64,000 nt of DNA from an uncultured Candidatus Poseidoniales archaeon (GTDB lineage: Archaea; Thermoplasmatota; Poseidoniia; Poseidoniales; Poseidoniaceae). Positions 10,260 through 20,895 of this stretch are shown here, piece after piece (within the stretch, counting starts at the first letter, position 1; each line of letters begins with the position of its first letter). The DNA is taken from contig CAJJAV010000026.1 in the NCBI GenBank assembly GCA_905182125.1, positions 18,194 to 82,193 on the forward strand, in the 5' to 3' direction. Both the position numbers and the translations under genes were made by a program. Below the pieces are notes generated by a model, which was not told the origin of the DNA, did not search any database, and saw nothing but the letters and a program-made list of their open reading frames with translations.

Positions 10260-11186
10260 ATGGATGAACAGCAAGTAGAAGATATCGTGAAGTGCGGCGA
10301 CTGCGGAAGTCGTAATTTAACCCGTGACGAAACCCGCGGTGAAGTGGTCTGTGAAGACTGCGGTCTGGTGCTGGAAGACAACGTCATCGACCAAGGCGCC
10401 GAATGGCGTGTTTTCTCCCCAGAACAAGGCGATCAAAGAGCACGAACTGGTGCTCCAATGACCGTTATGCTCCACGACAAAGGATTGTCAACGGACATCG
10501 ACTGGCAGAACAAAGACTACTCTGGAAAGACCATCAACTCCCGATACCGATCTCAGTTTTACCGCATGAGGAAATGGCAGAAGCGAAGCCGTGTCAGCAA
10601 TGCTACCGAGCGAAACTTGGCCATGGCTTTGGCTGAACTCGATCGAATGGCCAGCCGCCTCGAACTTCCAAAGTCTGTTCGTGAAGCAGCAGCTGTGAAT
10701 TACAAGAAAGCGGTCGACAAGCGTTTGATTCGTGGCCGTTCAATCGAAGGTGTCGCTGCGGCATCTCTGTACGCAGCTTGCCGCCAATGTGGTGTACCAC
10801 GTACACTCGATGAAATCGGACAAGCCTCGAGGACCGGGCGCAAGGAAATCGGACGTACCTATCGTTTCATGGTCCGAGAACTCAAGATGAAAATCATGCC
10901 AACTGGGCCTGAGGATTACATCTCCCGGTTCTGTTCAGGCTTAGGCTTGGATGCAGAAGTGGAAGCAAAAGCCTACGAATTGATCAAGGCAGCTCAAGAA
11001 AAGGAATTGACGAGCGGCCGTGGACCAACGGGAATTGCAGCCTCCATCATCTACATCGCTTCCGTACTCTGTGGCAAGCGCCGCACTCAACGTGAAGTCG
11101 CAGAAGTCGCAGGTGTCACAGAAGTGACCATTCGAAATCGATACAAGGAACTGATTCAGAACCTGAACATCGAACTCGATATTTGA
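10260..11186 (+). CDS. tfb: Transcription initiation factor IIB
   Basis: Zn ribbon CGDC...CEDCG, EWRVF B-reader, and two cyclin repeats ending [13 protein letters not shown]. Confidence 0.98.
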   Translation: MDEQQVEDIVKCGDCGSRNLTRDETRGEVVCEDCGLVLEDNVIDQGAEWRVFSPEQGDQRARTGAPMTVMLHDKGLSTDIDWQNKDYSGKTINSRYRSQFYRMRKWQKRSRVSNATERNLAMALAELDRMASRLELPKSVREAAAVNYKKAVDKRLIRGRSIEGVAAASLYAACRQCGVPRTLDEIGQASRTGRKEIGRTYRFMVRELKMKIMPTGPEDYISRFCSGLGLDAEVEAKAYELIKAAQEKELTSGRGPTGIAASIIYIASVLCGKRRTQREVAEVAGVTEVTIRNRYKELIQNLNIELDI

Positions 11187-11222
11187 GCAGTATGCAAACC
11201 GCTCTGAACTGGAGGGTAGAGT

Positions 11223-12686
11223 ATGAGTAAACCACGCAATCAATTGTCTGAAGTTACGTTTGAAGCAGTTGCCCAAGGGCTGACTGCAGCGCTTGAGCGT
11301 GGCACACAATCATGGCCATTGCCAGCACCTCCGATTTCCGATCCGGACTTCCCGCCTCTTCCACCCAAGTCCCCCCAATCATTGATTGATCAGGCCACAG
11401 GATTGCTTCAGGTCGATCGAGGTATGTTTGAACGCAACCTCAACACGGTTGTCGACTTGATTGTCCCTCACCGGATGAACCTCAGCGACGACCCGTACGA
11501 AGTCCATGAACGGTGGTTGAAAAAGCGAGTTCCGCAAGTTGCAGAACGCCTTCTGTTCGCCATCGCCACCGATTGGCTTTCTCAAGCCTTCGATCAGCAA
11601 GCACCCAACGTCGATCGCTGGTGGCTCGCTGTTGCTCTGGTCAACGGTCTTTCGACAATGCCACGAGGACAATCCGTCCACCAAGGCTACCATTTGGTGG
11701 AATCAATCGCTCTCGCTGAGCGCCCCGGTACCTGGCACACACAACCAGAAACCGGTCCTCATCAAATGGAATGGAACCCCCATGCATTCCTCCCCCGACA
11801 AGGTGGAGTTGTTGCACACGATGTCGGTGTTGAAGCCGCAGTATGGCTGCTCACTCGATTGGAAAATGGTCCGCTTGAACGGCGCCTTCTGCTCATGGAA
11901 TGGACGCGACTTCTGCTCCAACGACCGAACCTCATCGAGCCGCTTGGCATCGATCAAATCCTCATGCGTCGCGCACTTGACCCCGAAGAAGAAGTTGCTT
12001 CGAGGGTTTGCCTCTGTCTGGCCAAGGCCATCGAATACGACCGCGATGTTGGCCTTGCTCTTGCACAACGCCTTCACACCAGAACTGAGATTTTGATTCG
12101 CCGAGGTATGGCCGATGTCCTTACTCGTTTGTTCCGAAGGCTCACATGGGATGCAGTGCCGTTCCTCGAAGCCATGCTCGAGGATGAAGACGAAGGGGTT
12201 CTTGCTGCAGCAAGCTCCACAGTAGGCGATTTGCGTTTCCTCGATGTTGAGAAGTGGGCTGATACGATGGCCGAATTATCCAAGCACCCATTGCCTGTTG
12301 TTCGTCGAAACCTCGTTCCTTTCTTACGTGATTATCTCGAGCAATTCTCAGATGATCAACGGGGAATTCTCCCCATGCTCTGGGTTGACGGTGACGAAGT
12401 TGTTCGCTCCAGAATGCGTGAACTGTTGTTGCGAATGGAAGAGGTAGCGCCCGATCATTTCGCCGCTCGCCTCGCTGATTTCACCCGTCAAGGTTGCGAC
12501 CTTGAATCTCTTTGGGCGCCTTTGGCAGTTCGCCGACCTGAACGATGTGAGGCTTGGCAGGCTTTCCTCAAAGGCGATGGCGAGCAACCCAAACTCCCAG
12601 AACGTCCGCCACCAGCGGACAATGTTCTCGATGACGACATTGCCGCAAACGGCGAAGTCGATCAGGAACTCGGTTTCTTAGATTGA
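11223..12686 (+). CDS. Hypothetical protein with HEAT-like repeats
   Basis: Helical repeats such as LEDEDEGVLAAA, HPLPVVRR and DGDEVVRS. Confidence 0.6.
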   Translation: MSKPRNQLSEVTFEAVAQGLTAALERGTQSWPLPAPPISDPDFPPLPPKSPQSLIDQATGLLQVDRGMFERNLNTVVDLIVPHRMNLSDDPYEVHERWLKKRVPQVAERLLFAIATDWLSQAFDQQAPNVDRWWLAVALVNGLSTMPRGQSVHQGYHLVESIALAERPGTWHTQPETGPHQMEWNPHAFLPRQGGVVAHDVGVEAAVWLLTRLENGPLERRLLLMEWTRLLLQRPNLIEPLGIDQILMRRALDPEEEVASRVCLCLAKAIEYDRDVGLALAQRLHTRTEILIRRGMADVLTRLFRRLTWDAVPFLEAMLEDEDEGVLAAASSTVGDLRFLDVEKWADTMAELSKHPLPVVRRNLVPFLRDYLEQFSDDQRGILPMLWVDGDEVVRSRMRELLLRMEEVAPDHFAARLADFTRQGCDLESLWAPLAVRRPERCEAWQAFLKGDGEQPKLPERPPPADNVLDDDIAANGEVDQELGFLD

Positions 12687-12688
12687 AC

Positions 12689-13108
12689 CTATTCTTCTTC
12701 GTGAAGGCGAAAGGGTCCTTGAACAACAAGTCCGACATAGACGCCGTTCAGCACCACCAGGCATCCGATTAGGGTCACCAACAAGCCGGTTGGTTCAGGG
12801 AGATGAGCGTCGTATTCCAACCATGTAACGAGTTTGACCACCAGTAAGCAGGCAAGTCCGAACAGCACAACATTGATCCAACTCTGTTGAGGATTTTTCC
12901 AGCGGTCCATGGTTGGTGCAACCCCGTTGAGGTCGAAGGTGTACCGGAACCAGGCGAGGTACAAGCAGACCAAACCACACAAGCCCAACACCCCTCTCGA
13001 AAAAGAAGGCGAATCCCATGGACCAGGCGGCGCAATGTCGGCAAAGCCCTGAGCGATGCCGAGCACGCCAAGAACGGCGAGCCAACGCCACGGGTGAGTT
13101 CGGTCCAT
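12689..13108 (-). CDS. Hypothetical 4-TM membrane protein
   Basis: Start MDRTHPW, divergent from the galU-like gene, four hydrophobic helices. Confidence 0.6.
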   Translation of the reverse strand: MDRTHPWRWLAVLGVLGIAQGFADIAPPGPWDSPSFSRGVLGLCGLVCLYLAWFRYTFDLNGVAPTMDRWKNPQQSWINVVLFGLACLLVVKLVTWLEYDAHLPEPTGLLVTLIGCLVVLNGVYVGLVVQGPFRLHEEE

Positions 13109-13161
13109 GACCTGACGAGGAAGGGCCACGCTTGAAAGCCTGTGCCATCCACCGTGTTGCC

Positions 13162-14025
13162 ATGGCGGCAATTCAAGACGCACTCTTGGTGGCTGGTGGT
13201 CTTGGCACTCGAATGCTTCCAACAAGCGCTTCTGTGCCAAAAGAAGCCCTGCCACTTGTCGATGTTCCGGCTTTGGTCCATCTCGCCCGAGAAGCAAAGG
13301 CTGCAGGCGTTCAACGCTTGCACATTGTCACATCACCGCGCAAGGATCTCTCGAACCTTCTTGCCGATCATACCTGGCTAAGTGACAAACGCCCAGACCT
13401 CGATTCTACCTTGTTGGCGCCTTTTGCCGATGTTGAGGTCCATATTCATGTGCAGAAACACCCTCTTGGCCTTGGCAACGCAATTCAAAGTGCGCTTCAT
13501 GCCATCCACGGCCCCTTCCTTGTCTTGTTGGGCGACAATTTGTTGATTGATACGCATTCGACGCTTGAAGACTTTGTTCCATCGCAAGCCAGCGCTGCCC
13601 TGGTGGCGTCCTTCGAACAGCATGGCCGTCCATGCGCTGCACTTTTGCCAGTTGAAGCGGATGAAGTGTGCAACTATGGCGTGGTTCGCCTTGAAGACTC
13701 AAAGATAATCGAAATCGTTGAGAAACCGAAGGTTGGCCAAGCGCCGTCAAACCTCGTGTTGTGTGGACGCTATGTGTTTACCGCAGACACATCCGCTCTG
13801 TTGGAAGTCTACAATGTCGAAACCCACGGTGAATTACAATCCATCGCCCTCCAACAACATTGGATGGCCAACGGCGGCATGTTTGGGGTTGAATTGGATG
13901 GTTACCAATGGTATGATTCCGGGAAACCTCTCCCTTGGCTGAAGGCACAAGTCGACCATGCACTGCGTCGTGGCGACCTGGAGCCAGAATTCCGTGCTTG
14001 GCTGATTGAACGCCTCAACACGTGA
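13162..14025 (+). CDS. galU: UTP--glucose-1-phosphate uridylyltransferase-like nucleotidyltransferase
   Basis: AGGLGTRMLP..VPKE.LP, PLGLG.AI, LLGD, IVEKP, GRY motifs. Confidence 0.82.
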   Translation: MAAIQDALLVAGGLGTRMLPTSASVPKEALPLVDVPALVHLAREAKAAGVQRLHIVTSPRKDLSNLLADHTWLSDKRPDLDSTLLAPFADVEVHIHVQKHPLGLGNAIQSALHAIHGPFLVLLGDNLLIDTHSTLEDFVPSQASAALVASFEQHGRPCAALLPVEADEVCNYGVVRLEDSKIIEIVEKPKVGQAPSNLVLCGRYVFTADTSALLEVYNVETHGELQSIALQQHWMANGGMFGVELDGYQWYDSGKPLPWLKAQVDHALRRGDLEPEFRAWLIERLNT

Positions 14026-14571
14026 TCAACGCTGTCCAGGTTTCCAGAACGACAAAGGCGCTGGGTTCTCATTGTTCGCTTTTCGCAATGCCAAATGATC
14101 GGCTCGTTCATTCCAGCGATGGCCTCTATGTGCCCGAACATGCTCCCAGGACAACGGGCGTAGCAAACTCACTGTGGTCCAGAGTTCCTGAACATGAGCC
14201 ACCAATGCTCTGTTTGCTTTTGCCTTCCATGCTCCTGAAGCAAGGTTGCCCGCGTATTGCGAGTCAGCTCGAATGATTGCCTCATCGCCCCCACCTTCGG
14301 TGAGAAGCCAACGAAGTGCTTCGGCAATGGCGGTTAATTCGGCCGTGTTGTTTGAACCAACTTCTGCTCCGATGAAGTTCGGTTCATCGCTTCGAGTGAT
14401 GACGTGGCCAGCAAACTCCTCGACCAGCGACCCGGTTCCTCGACCGAGTCCAGTGTCACCGGTGATGACGACGACGGCCCAAGCGGCAGGCGTATCGGCA
14501 TCGACGTTCTGGTTGCCCAAACATGATCCATCAACGTAGATGGTCCACGGGGCAGAGGACAAGAGGTTCAC
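14026..14571 (-). CDS. rnhA: Ribonuclease HI (bacterial type)
   Basis: YVDGSC, NNTAELTA, ADSQY, HVRAH.G..WNERAD.LA. Confidence 0.9.
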   Translation of the reverse strand: MNLLSSAPWTIYVDGSCLGNQNVDADTPAAWAVVVITGDTGLGRGTGSLVEEFAGHVITRSDEPNFIGAEVGSNNTAELTAIAEALRWLLTEGGGDEAIIRADSQYAGNLASGAWKAKANRALVAHVQELWTTVSLLRPLSWEHVRAHRGHRWNERADHLALRKANNENPAPLSFWKPGQR

Positions 14572-14951
14572 TCGCCGATTTCTGCCTTGTAATCTGCCGC
14601 GCTCATCATTCCTGTGATGGCTTCTGGCGTGTCTAATTTCATTCGAATGATCCAGCCTTCGCCGTAGGGGTCGGTGTTCATCAATTCAGGTGCGTCTTCT
14701 AATGCATCGTTCACCGCGACAATTTTTCCAGCGAGTGGAGCGAAAATTGGTGATGCGGATTTTACAGATTCGACAATAGCGAATTCGTCCATTTCGCCCA
14801 TAATTTCGTCTTCGCCAGGCAGTTCGATGTAGACGATATCGGTGAGTGCATCTTGTGCGTGGTCGGTGATACCGATGACAATTTCATCGCCTTCGACCCT
14901 CATCCATTCGTGCTCTTTTGTGTAGTACAGTTCTTCTGGAATTAGACTCAT
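14568..14951 (-). CDS. gcvH: Glycine cleavage system H protein
   Basis: YTKEHEW, lipoyl motif ESVKSAS, DPYGEGW. Confidence 0.95.
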   Translation of the reverse strand: MSLIPEELYYTKEHEWMRVEGDEIVIGITDHAQDALTDIVYIELPGEDEIMGEMDEFAIVESVKSASPIFAPLAGKIVAVNDALEDAPELMNTDPYGEGWIIRMKLDTPEAITGMMSAADYKAEIGE

Positions 14952-15038
14952 TGCTTTCGACCCGATTTGATGCATGTGGTCGCCTTAGATGAAGGCACCG
15001 CTTATGATGGGCCACAGAAACCTTCAGAAGGCCAATGT

Positions 15039-15380
15039 TCATTCTTCTTCAGACAATTCGTCTTCCAAGATGTTTGCTTCAAGCACAGCCCATGCAGAAC
15101 CAACGCTCGCATCTTTGATTGAAGTGTTGATGTCATCCTTGACTCGAACGGCGAGTTCACTTGGTGTCTCATCGGGAAAGACTGCAGAAAGAGGCCCATT
15201 TCCCTTGGTTAGGCTTTGAGCAAGCCCGAGAAGAATCAAACCAACCAAGGCGAAAACCCAACCGATGTTGATTTCATCGATCGTCATCCGCTCTTCCATG
15301 AGGCCAAAGCCTGCGACGAGCAACAAGCCTACGCCTGTCCCAAACAACAACTTGGTTGCGGCATCGGATGGTTTAGCCAT
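15039..15380 (-). CDS. Hypothetical 2-TM protein
   Basis: 113-aa ORF with two hydrophobic helices. Confidence 0.6.
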   Translation of the reverse strand: MAKPSDAATKLLFGTGVGLLLVAGFGLMEERMTIDEINIGWVFALVGLILLGLAQSLTKGNGPLSAVFPDETPSELAVRVKDDINTSIKDASVGSAWAVLEANILEDELSEEE

Positions 15381-15445
15381 GACGTATGCACGGAGGGTTC
15401 ACGGATGAAACCAGCGGCTTGCTGAGATTGAGTTGAATGAAAACC

Positions 15446-16027
15446 TCAGTAGGTTTCTCGCATCAACTTGTGAATCTTGTAAGGGAGCAAAGCTCGGTTG
15501 ACGGGGGTCACTTCGAGGATTCGTCCATCATCGCGCCGTCGAATGTCTTGCAGCAACGGGTGGCGGCTCTTTTTGTGGAGGGTAAGCAACGTAGGCTTGT
15601 CAATTTGGAGGGCGCTTCGTACAACAGCCACAAAGAGTTCACTTTCGACAGCAAACTTTCCAATTTCGTCGATCACGATGACTTCACACTCATCTCGAGC
15701 GTATTCGATGGCCGGGATTGCAATGCGTTCCAATGCTTCGGTATCAATACCGTAACCAAGCACCCGGAGGCGAGAATCGATGTTTTTGTGAGCCATGATG
15801 GCTTCTTCCTTGGTGACGATGTTGATGACCTTGTAACCCAAACGTTCGCTTCCCTCGAGAATCGGCATGGTTTGCATACCCCCAATGATTGGTGCGTCGC
15901 TCAAACTTCCTCGAACGCGAATTTCTCGTTCGCGCTCGTCGACAAGCATTTTGAGAACTTTTTCCATCACGGCAGATTTACCGCTGCGCGGCAAGCCGGT
16001 GATACCAATTTTTGGATGAATGCCCAC
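15446..16027 (-). CDS. Nucleoside-triphosphatase (THEP1/NTPase_1 family)
   Basis: Walker A ITGLPRSGKS, Walker B IVIDEIGK, terminal VTPVNR. Confidence 0.88.
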   Translation of the reverse strand: MGIHPKIGITGLPRSGKSAVMEKVLKMLVDEREREIRVRGSLSDAPIIGGMQTMPILEGSERLGYKVINIVTKEEAIMAHKNIDSRLRVLGYGIDTEALERIAIPAIEYARDECEVIVIDEIGKFAVESELFVAVVRSALQIDKPTLLTLHKKSRHPLLQDIRRRDDGRILEVTPVNRALLPYKIHKLMRETY

Positions 16028-16149
16028 AATATCACCTCAGTTAAACCCTGATGGTCGCACCAGTGGCTTGTCATAGATAAACCATGTTCTTCATGTTCTC
16101 CGCATAATGCACTTATAAATCCGGAAAAAAGAACCCAGAAAGTGACGGA

Positions 16150-18156
16150 TTAACGAATAAGGGGCAGTAATTCCGGAATTGTGCTGCCCAAATCAAGAGG
16201 TAACATTTCCAATTCGTAATTGTTGACGTTGTTGTTAGCAGACCACGAACGGGCCCATTCATCGAGGTCTTCATCGTTCAATAATTGGCACATCCATTGG
16301 AGGGCCGTTTCCAACGAACCATGAATCGAAACAAGACGTTCTTGAATATCAACATGAAGCTCAATGTGGTTGACACTGTTTCCGAGGACGCACCCAGCAG
16401 GGATCACGGCCCAGCGCAGACGTCGATCTTGGTGAGCGTTGACGATCGCCTGGCATGCAAGGCGGGGTCCGAACTTAGGATCGGCAGATCCGCACCACAT
16501 TGCGAGTTGTCGCTCATTGGCTCGAGATGGAATATCTGTTCGGAACGCAGGATGCCGGACAAACACGGCTCCGTCAGCATCTTCAGAGAAGTGAACACCA
16601 CGGATGAAAGGCCGAGAGGTTCGCCCTTTGACCCATGTTTCGATGCTCTTCGAATGTGCAGTTTGGTCGATTTCGCCAACACGAACTCGAACGGTATGGC
16701 CGTTGGTGGCCAGGGCGTGCTGTGCGTCACCAAGGCGTGGGAGGAGTGCGAGGCGGTCCAACACTGCCAGCGTCTGTTTTCGTTCCACTCGGTCCCTCGG
16801 CAATCGTGGAATTGCCCAGGTATCCTTTGCCCATGAGACCCATCGTTCAGTGGTCATTTCGAATGAGGGTACGCGGTTTGAGAGTCCTTTTTGGTCGCGG
16901 CGTAAATCGGCGCGACTGATCGGTCCGTGCATCAGCAATTGTTCAACCGCTTCTTTGGCGGTGATGCCGAGGACAGCGACGCCTTGGGTCATTCCGGGGA
17001 AGAGGTGGTTTGCTTCCTCGATGGCCCAAATATCAGACCAACCATGCTCCTCAACCAACAGGGTTCGCAGAGGGTGGGAGGATTGTTCTCGCAGGATGCT
17101 ATCGGGAGCAATCAAACGAAGGCGACCGCCCTTCTCAAGAATTTGTAGGCTTCGTTCAATGAATAAGCGATAGAGGTTTACGTTTCCTCTCATGGTCGAA
17201 AAGCGAGGCTTTCCGTCATCGCTGAGGGCGCGAAGATGCTCGCCCAGTTCTCGGCGGAGTTTACTTCCATCTTCCATGCCTCTAAATCGATCTTTAATTC
17301 GAAGCCATGGAGGGTTGGTGACGACAAGTTGAGGGGCAACGTCCCAAGGCCACAGACCCTGAAGCGTGTCGCCTTTCTGCACGGCATGTTCGAGCAAGCG
17401 TTCTGCTTCTTCGCGAGGAAGGCAGCCTGGTTTGTCGGTTTTGAGACTGACCAACCCGAAGCGAATGCATTCGAGAAGCAAACGGCGACGTGTCGAAGCA
17501 ACCACCAATTCATCGACGTCCAACAGCTGGAACGCCGAGAGCAACAAGCGTGTATCTTTGATTCTGCGTTCTTCAGTGCTGTCTTCATGGTGTTCGGAAT
17601 GGCGACGAATCAAGCGAGCATGGAAGATACCGCCACCGCATGAGGTGTCAGCGATGGGCAATGGGATACCACTCAATGTGCGTCGGCCTTCTTGGACCCG
17701 CTTCAATTCAATCTCATCATCGATCTCAGTCTCTTGACTGTGTTGTGGGAGGTTCAACTTCTCAATGTGCTGGCGGAAGCCTGGAGGAAGGTTGCTGAGG
17801 TGCATGGTCGAGGACTTGACCGGTGTTTTAGGGCGAGTGAGACTTTCTAACAATTCTGATGCAATGACTGCGTCAGCTAAGCGGGGAGGTGTGGGATGGG
17901 CTCCACGAGGGGAGCGTCCATCAGTTTCAGCATCGTGACGTGCGAGGAGGTGATCGAGAACATGACCAGGGTCGGTCAACAAATTGGCTGGAAGGGTCGG
18001 CCAATCTTCTGGTAAGAGCGCTGCTATTGGTTGGTGGACACGAAGAGATTGCTCCCAGGCCTGAAGCCAGATTTCAATCTGTTCAGGACGGTTTTCGAGG
18101 CATCGGTCCAACCGAGCATACCATCCACTTACTCCGCTTTGCACAACCCCACCCAT
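16150..18156 (-). CDS. Amino (N6-adenine-type) DNA methyltransferase, Eco57I/TaqI-like
   Basis: GAHPTP (motif X-like), DTSCGGGIF (motif I), TNPPW (motif IV), NLYRLFIERS. Confidence 0.8.
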   Translation of the reverse strand: MGGVVQSGVSGWYARLDRCLENRPEQIEIWLQAWEQSLRVHQPIAALLPEDWPTLPANLLTDPGHVLDHLLARHDAETDGRSPRGAHPTPPRLADAVIASELLESLTRPKTPVKSSTMHLSNLPPGFRQHIEKLNLPQHSQETEIDDEIELKRVQEGRRTLSGIPLPIADTSCGGGIFHARLIRRHSEHHEDSTEERRIKDTRLLLSAFQLLDVDELVVASTRRRLLLECIRFGLVSLKTDKPGCLPREEAERLLEHAVQKGDTLQGLWPWDVAPQLVVTNPPWLRIKDRFRGMEDGSKLRRELGEHLRALSDDGKPRFSTMRGNVNLYRLFIERSLQILEKGGRLRLIAPDSILREQSSHPLRTLLVEEHGWSDIWAIEEANHLFPGMTQGVAVLGITAKEAVEQLLMHGPISRADLRRDQKGLSNRVPSFEMTTERWVSWAKDTWAIPRLPRDRVERKQTLAVLDRLALLPRLGDAQHALATNGHTVRVRVGEIDQTAHSKSIETWVKGRTSRPFIRGVHFSEDADGAVFVRHPAFRTDIPSRANERQLAMWCGSADPKFGPRLACQAIVNAHQDRRLRWAVIPAGCVLGNSVNHIELHVDIQERLVSIHGSLETALQWMCQLLNDEDLDEWARSWSANNNVNNYELEMLPLDLGSTIPELLPLIR

Positions 18157-18233
18157 CTTGGCCGGTTGGTCCAATTGTTTTGAATGTGACCCTTGGAAGA
18201 ATGGTCCAAAAACGAGCAAATTAGAGGGGTAGG

Positions 18234-18659
18234 TTAAACCAGTTTGAGGTGCTCAAAACTTTGTTTATGCCATTCCCATCCTGCTTTTGTCCACTCAAAT
18301 AAAGCGGACAAGTCGGCTTTTTTTACACCAGCCGATTTTGCGATTTGTTTTAGAATCTTAATTTCCTCCGAATCGTATTCTCCATCGACGGCGGCCACGA
18401 GGATTGCATCGCGGAGGGCGATTTTGAGCACGATTGGCGAGAGTCGTTCCATCACCAAATTTAATTTCGGAGGGGTTTCAAGCATGTTTCGCAAATCAAC
18501 CCGCATCTCGGGATGCATCATGCACCGTCCCATAAGCGCCTCAATGATCGCTAGTTCTTCTTTGACCAAAGCACCGTCAGCCGATGCGACAATGATCATA
18601 ATTTGTGCATACCCTTGTGCTTCATCGGGCGTAAAATCAACCGTGAGGTCGACGTACAC
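18234..18659 (-). CDS. TerB-family protein
   Basis: ASADG....EE and AAVDGEYDSEE motifs; GTG start with SD GGAGTGA. Confidence 0.75.
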   Translation of the reverse strand: MYVDLTVDFTPDEAQGYAQIMIIVASADGALVKEELAIIEALMGRCMMHPEMRVDLRNMLETPPKLNLVMERLSPIVLKIALRDAILVAAVDGEYDSEEIKILKQIAKSAGVKKADLSALFEWTKAGWEWHKQSFEHLKLV

Positions 18660-18665
18660 ATTGGT

Positions 18666-19097
18666 TCACTCCGAGAGTGTGTTGAGGAGGTCGAAACCTT
18701 CCTGCATCCATAGGGCGCCCTTAACGGTCCAATCTAACAAGCGCTCAACCGAGTCTTCAGCCAAACCGAGGTGCTCGACAATCGATTGTAAAACAGCACG
18801 CTCATCTTCGTCGACCGTACCATCTGCTGCAGCCATAAGGGTCGCATCTCGAAGTGCCAATCGGCCAGCTTCAGCACCCAAGCCACTGAGGCACTCTTCC
18901 AACGAAGGGGGGGTCTTCAATGCGGTTCGAATCATTTCACGTTGCTTTGGAGAAAGCAGGGCGGTGCCGAGACGCTGCTCGAACATTGCCATTTCATCGA
19001 TGGTGAGTTCGTTGTCAACCCGTGCCATAAAGGCAAGAAGACGTGCGTATGCGTAGCGTTCTTCACGAGGGAGTTTGTGAACTGTATCGGGGAGCAT
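18666..19097 (-). CDS. TerB-family protein
   Basis: MARVD.ELT.DE and AAADGTVDEDE motifs; paralogous to the downstream gene. Confidence 0.78.
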   Translation of the reverse strand: MLPDTVHKLPREERYAYARLLAFMARVDNELTIDEMAMFEQRLGTALLSPKQREMIRTALKTPPSLEECLSGLGAEAGRLALRDATLMAAADGTVDEDERAVLQSIVEHLGLAEDSVERLLDWTVKGALWMQEGFDLLNTLSE

Positions 19098-19220
19098 GAT
19101 ACCTCGGTTGGCGACCTTACCTTAGAACCCAACGCCGTCAAAAGGCACAATCCTGTTTGTTTCCGATTGCATCAACGCCTCGGACAAGCCTTCATCAGCA
19201 ACGAGCTTCACCCTCGATTT

Positions 19221-19583
19221 ATGTACCCAAGCCTCAACGTGCTCGGCCAACCTCTCGATGACTGCTCTTGTGATCCTATGACTGGGTGGTACCGAGACGG
19301 TAAATGTAACACAGATGAGAACGACAGGAGCAGCCATACGGTGTGCTGCGTAGTTACCGAAGGCTTTCTTCAATTTGCTAGCAGTCAAGGCAATGACTTG
19401 GTCACACCAGCGCCTCAGCATGGGTTCCCTGGTCTGAAACCTGGCGATTCATGGTGTGTGTGCGCTCGAACTTGGCTTGCTGCAGTTAACGCTGGCTCAG
19501 CATGTCCATTGGACCTCGAAGCGACGCATGAAGCTGCGTTGGAAGTTATTTCTCTTGCACTGATGGAAACCCATGCAGTGTGA
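19221..19583 (+). CDS. DUF2237 family protein
   Basis: NVLG.PL..CS.DPMTGWYRDG.C and FPGLKPGD.WCVCA. Confidence 0.88.
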   Translation: MYPSLNVLGQPLDDCSCDPMTGWYRDGKCNTDENDRSSHTVCCVVTEGFLQFASSQGNDLVTPAPQHGFPGLKPGDSWCVCARTWLAAVNAGSACPLDLEATHEAALEVISLALMETHAV

Positions 19584-20030
19584 TCACTCTTCTTCCATTT
19601 TGGTGTATCCAAAGACAAACCATCGCATGCTGGCCCATGTGAAAAGGCCCCAAACAGCGATGTTGGCCAAAAACAGCAACCTGATGGGAACATCGTCGAG
19701 CAACACCAGCATTCCATCGAACGTCAAGGTCGAACCCATCATTCCAACTGCATAGACTGAAAGGGCGCCAAGGGCTGTTTTCTTGATGTTTCGCCGACCA
19801 TCGAAGGTAAAAACCCGGTGAACAAAGTGGGCGACAAAACTAGAGCAGACCCACGAAATCGACCAGAACAGGGTTTCGTTTGATTCAGCATAAAGGGGGC
19901 TAATTCGTAAGAGTTCCCAGATGACCCAGAAGAAAAAGGTGTTGAAGCCTCCAGCAATTCCAAACCGCTGAAGTGTACCACGGGGCAAAACTTCGGCTAT
20001 GCTTGGTTTTGACATGGATTCCCTCATCAA
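19584..20030 (-). CDS. GtrA-family membrane protein
   Basis: RF..AGGFNT, HRVFTF, RWFVF; four TM. Confidence 0.78.
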   Translation of the reverse strand: MMRESMSKPSIAEVLPRGTLQRFGIAGGFNTFFFWVIWELLRISPLYAESNETLFWSISWVCSSFVAHFVHRVFTFDGRRNIKKTALGALSVYAVGMMGSTLTFDGMLVLLDDVPIRLLFLANIAVWGLFTWASMRWFVFGYTKMEEE

Positions 20031-20851
20031 TCATCGTTGGTGACCACGTCACTCGGCTTTCCAGTCAGGACCCCTCTGAGGCCAGCGTTATCGGCCTGAA
20101 GGGCATCGAGGAGGTTGTACTTCACGCCATGTTCTTCTGCTAAAACCCCTAGGGCCATGGTGTCCTTTGGCAAACATTTCCCACCAAAGCCACGGTTGAG
20201 TCCAAAGATCGGATCGAGGTGTGAAGGCCCAATTGGCTGAGCTTGCTCGGCCGTAATCATGTCTCTGATCGTGTACCAATCTTGGCCCATTGCTTCACAG
20301 AGATCGTACATCTGGTTTGCGAAGATAACCTTCATGGCGTAAAATGTATTTTTAGTGTACTTGACCAATTCCGCTTGAGTTGGCGTCACATGGAACAAAT
20401 TTTCTTTACGAATCACGCCTGCCTGCCTGTGTTGCTCAAACACCCGCTCTGCTACATCGGCATGGTGCGTCCCACAAACGAGTAAATCTTGATTTGCGAA
20501 ATCCTCCATTCTTCGTCGTTCAACGAGGAATTCAGGCGAATAAGCAATCTTGAGATGAGGGTAGCGGAGATGGTATTGTTCTGTTGTTCCAGGTATGACG
20601 CTGGACTTGATCACTGCGGTGAAACCTTCGGGGAGGGCGTCTAAAACACCCTCGACAATTCGAGTATCACAAGCACCTGTTTCTGGGTGGGGTGGCGTTG
20701 GAACTGCGATGTAGGCGAAGTCGACATGATCGGTTACATCGCTCAATTCAGTACCTCGAGCAGGGTCGTGAACAAACAGTTCATGCGCATGAGAAAAGCA
20801 TTCTTCGATGGCCCCTCCGACCATCCCAGCCCCGATGATTCCGACTTTCAT
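20027..20851 (-). CDS. Short UDP-glucose/GDP-mannose dehydrogenase-family protein
   Basis: [42 protein letters not shown]; lacks the usual C-terminal domain. Confidence 0.85.
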   Translation of the reverse strand: MKVGIIGAGMVGGAIEECFSHAHELFVHDPARGTELSDVTDHVDFAYIAVPTPPHPETGACDTRIVEGVLDALPEGFTAVIKSSVIPGTTEQYHLRYPHLKIAYSPEFLVERRRMEDFANQDLLVCGTHHADVAERVFEQHRQAGVIRKENLFHVTPTQAELVKYTKNTFYAMKVIFANQMYDLCEAMGQDWYTIRDMITAEQAQPIGPSHLDPIFGLNRGFGGKCLPKDTMALGVLAEEHGVKYNLLDALQADNAGLRGVLTGKPSDVVTNDD

Positions 20852-20895
20852 CGAACCAGTCTGGGAGGCTTCGTTGCTTTGTCTTACTTGCCTGA

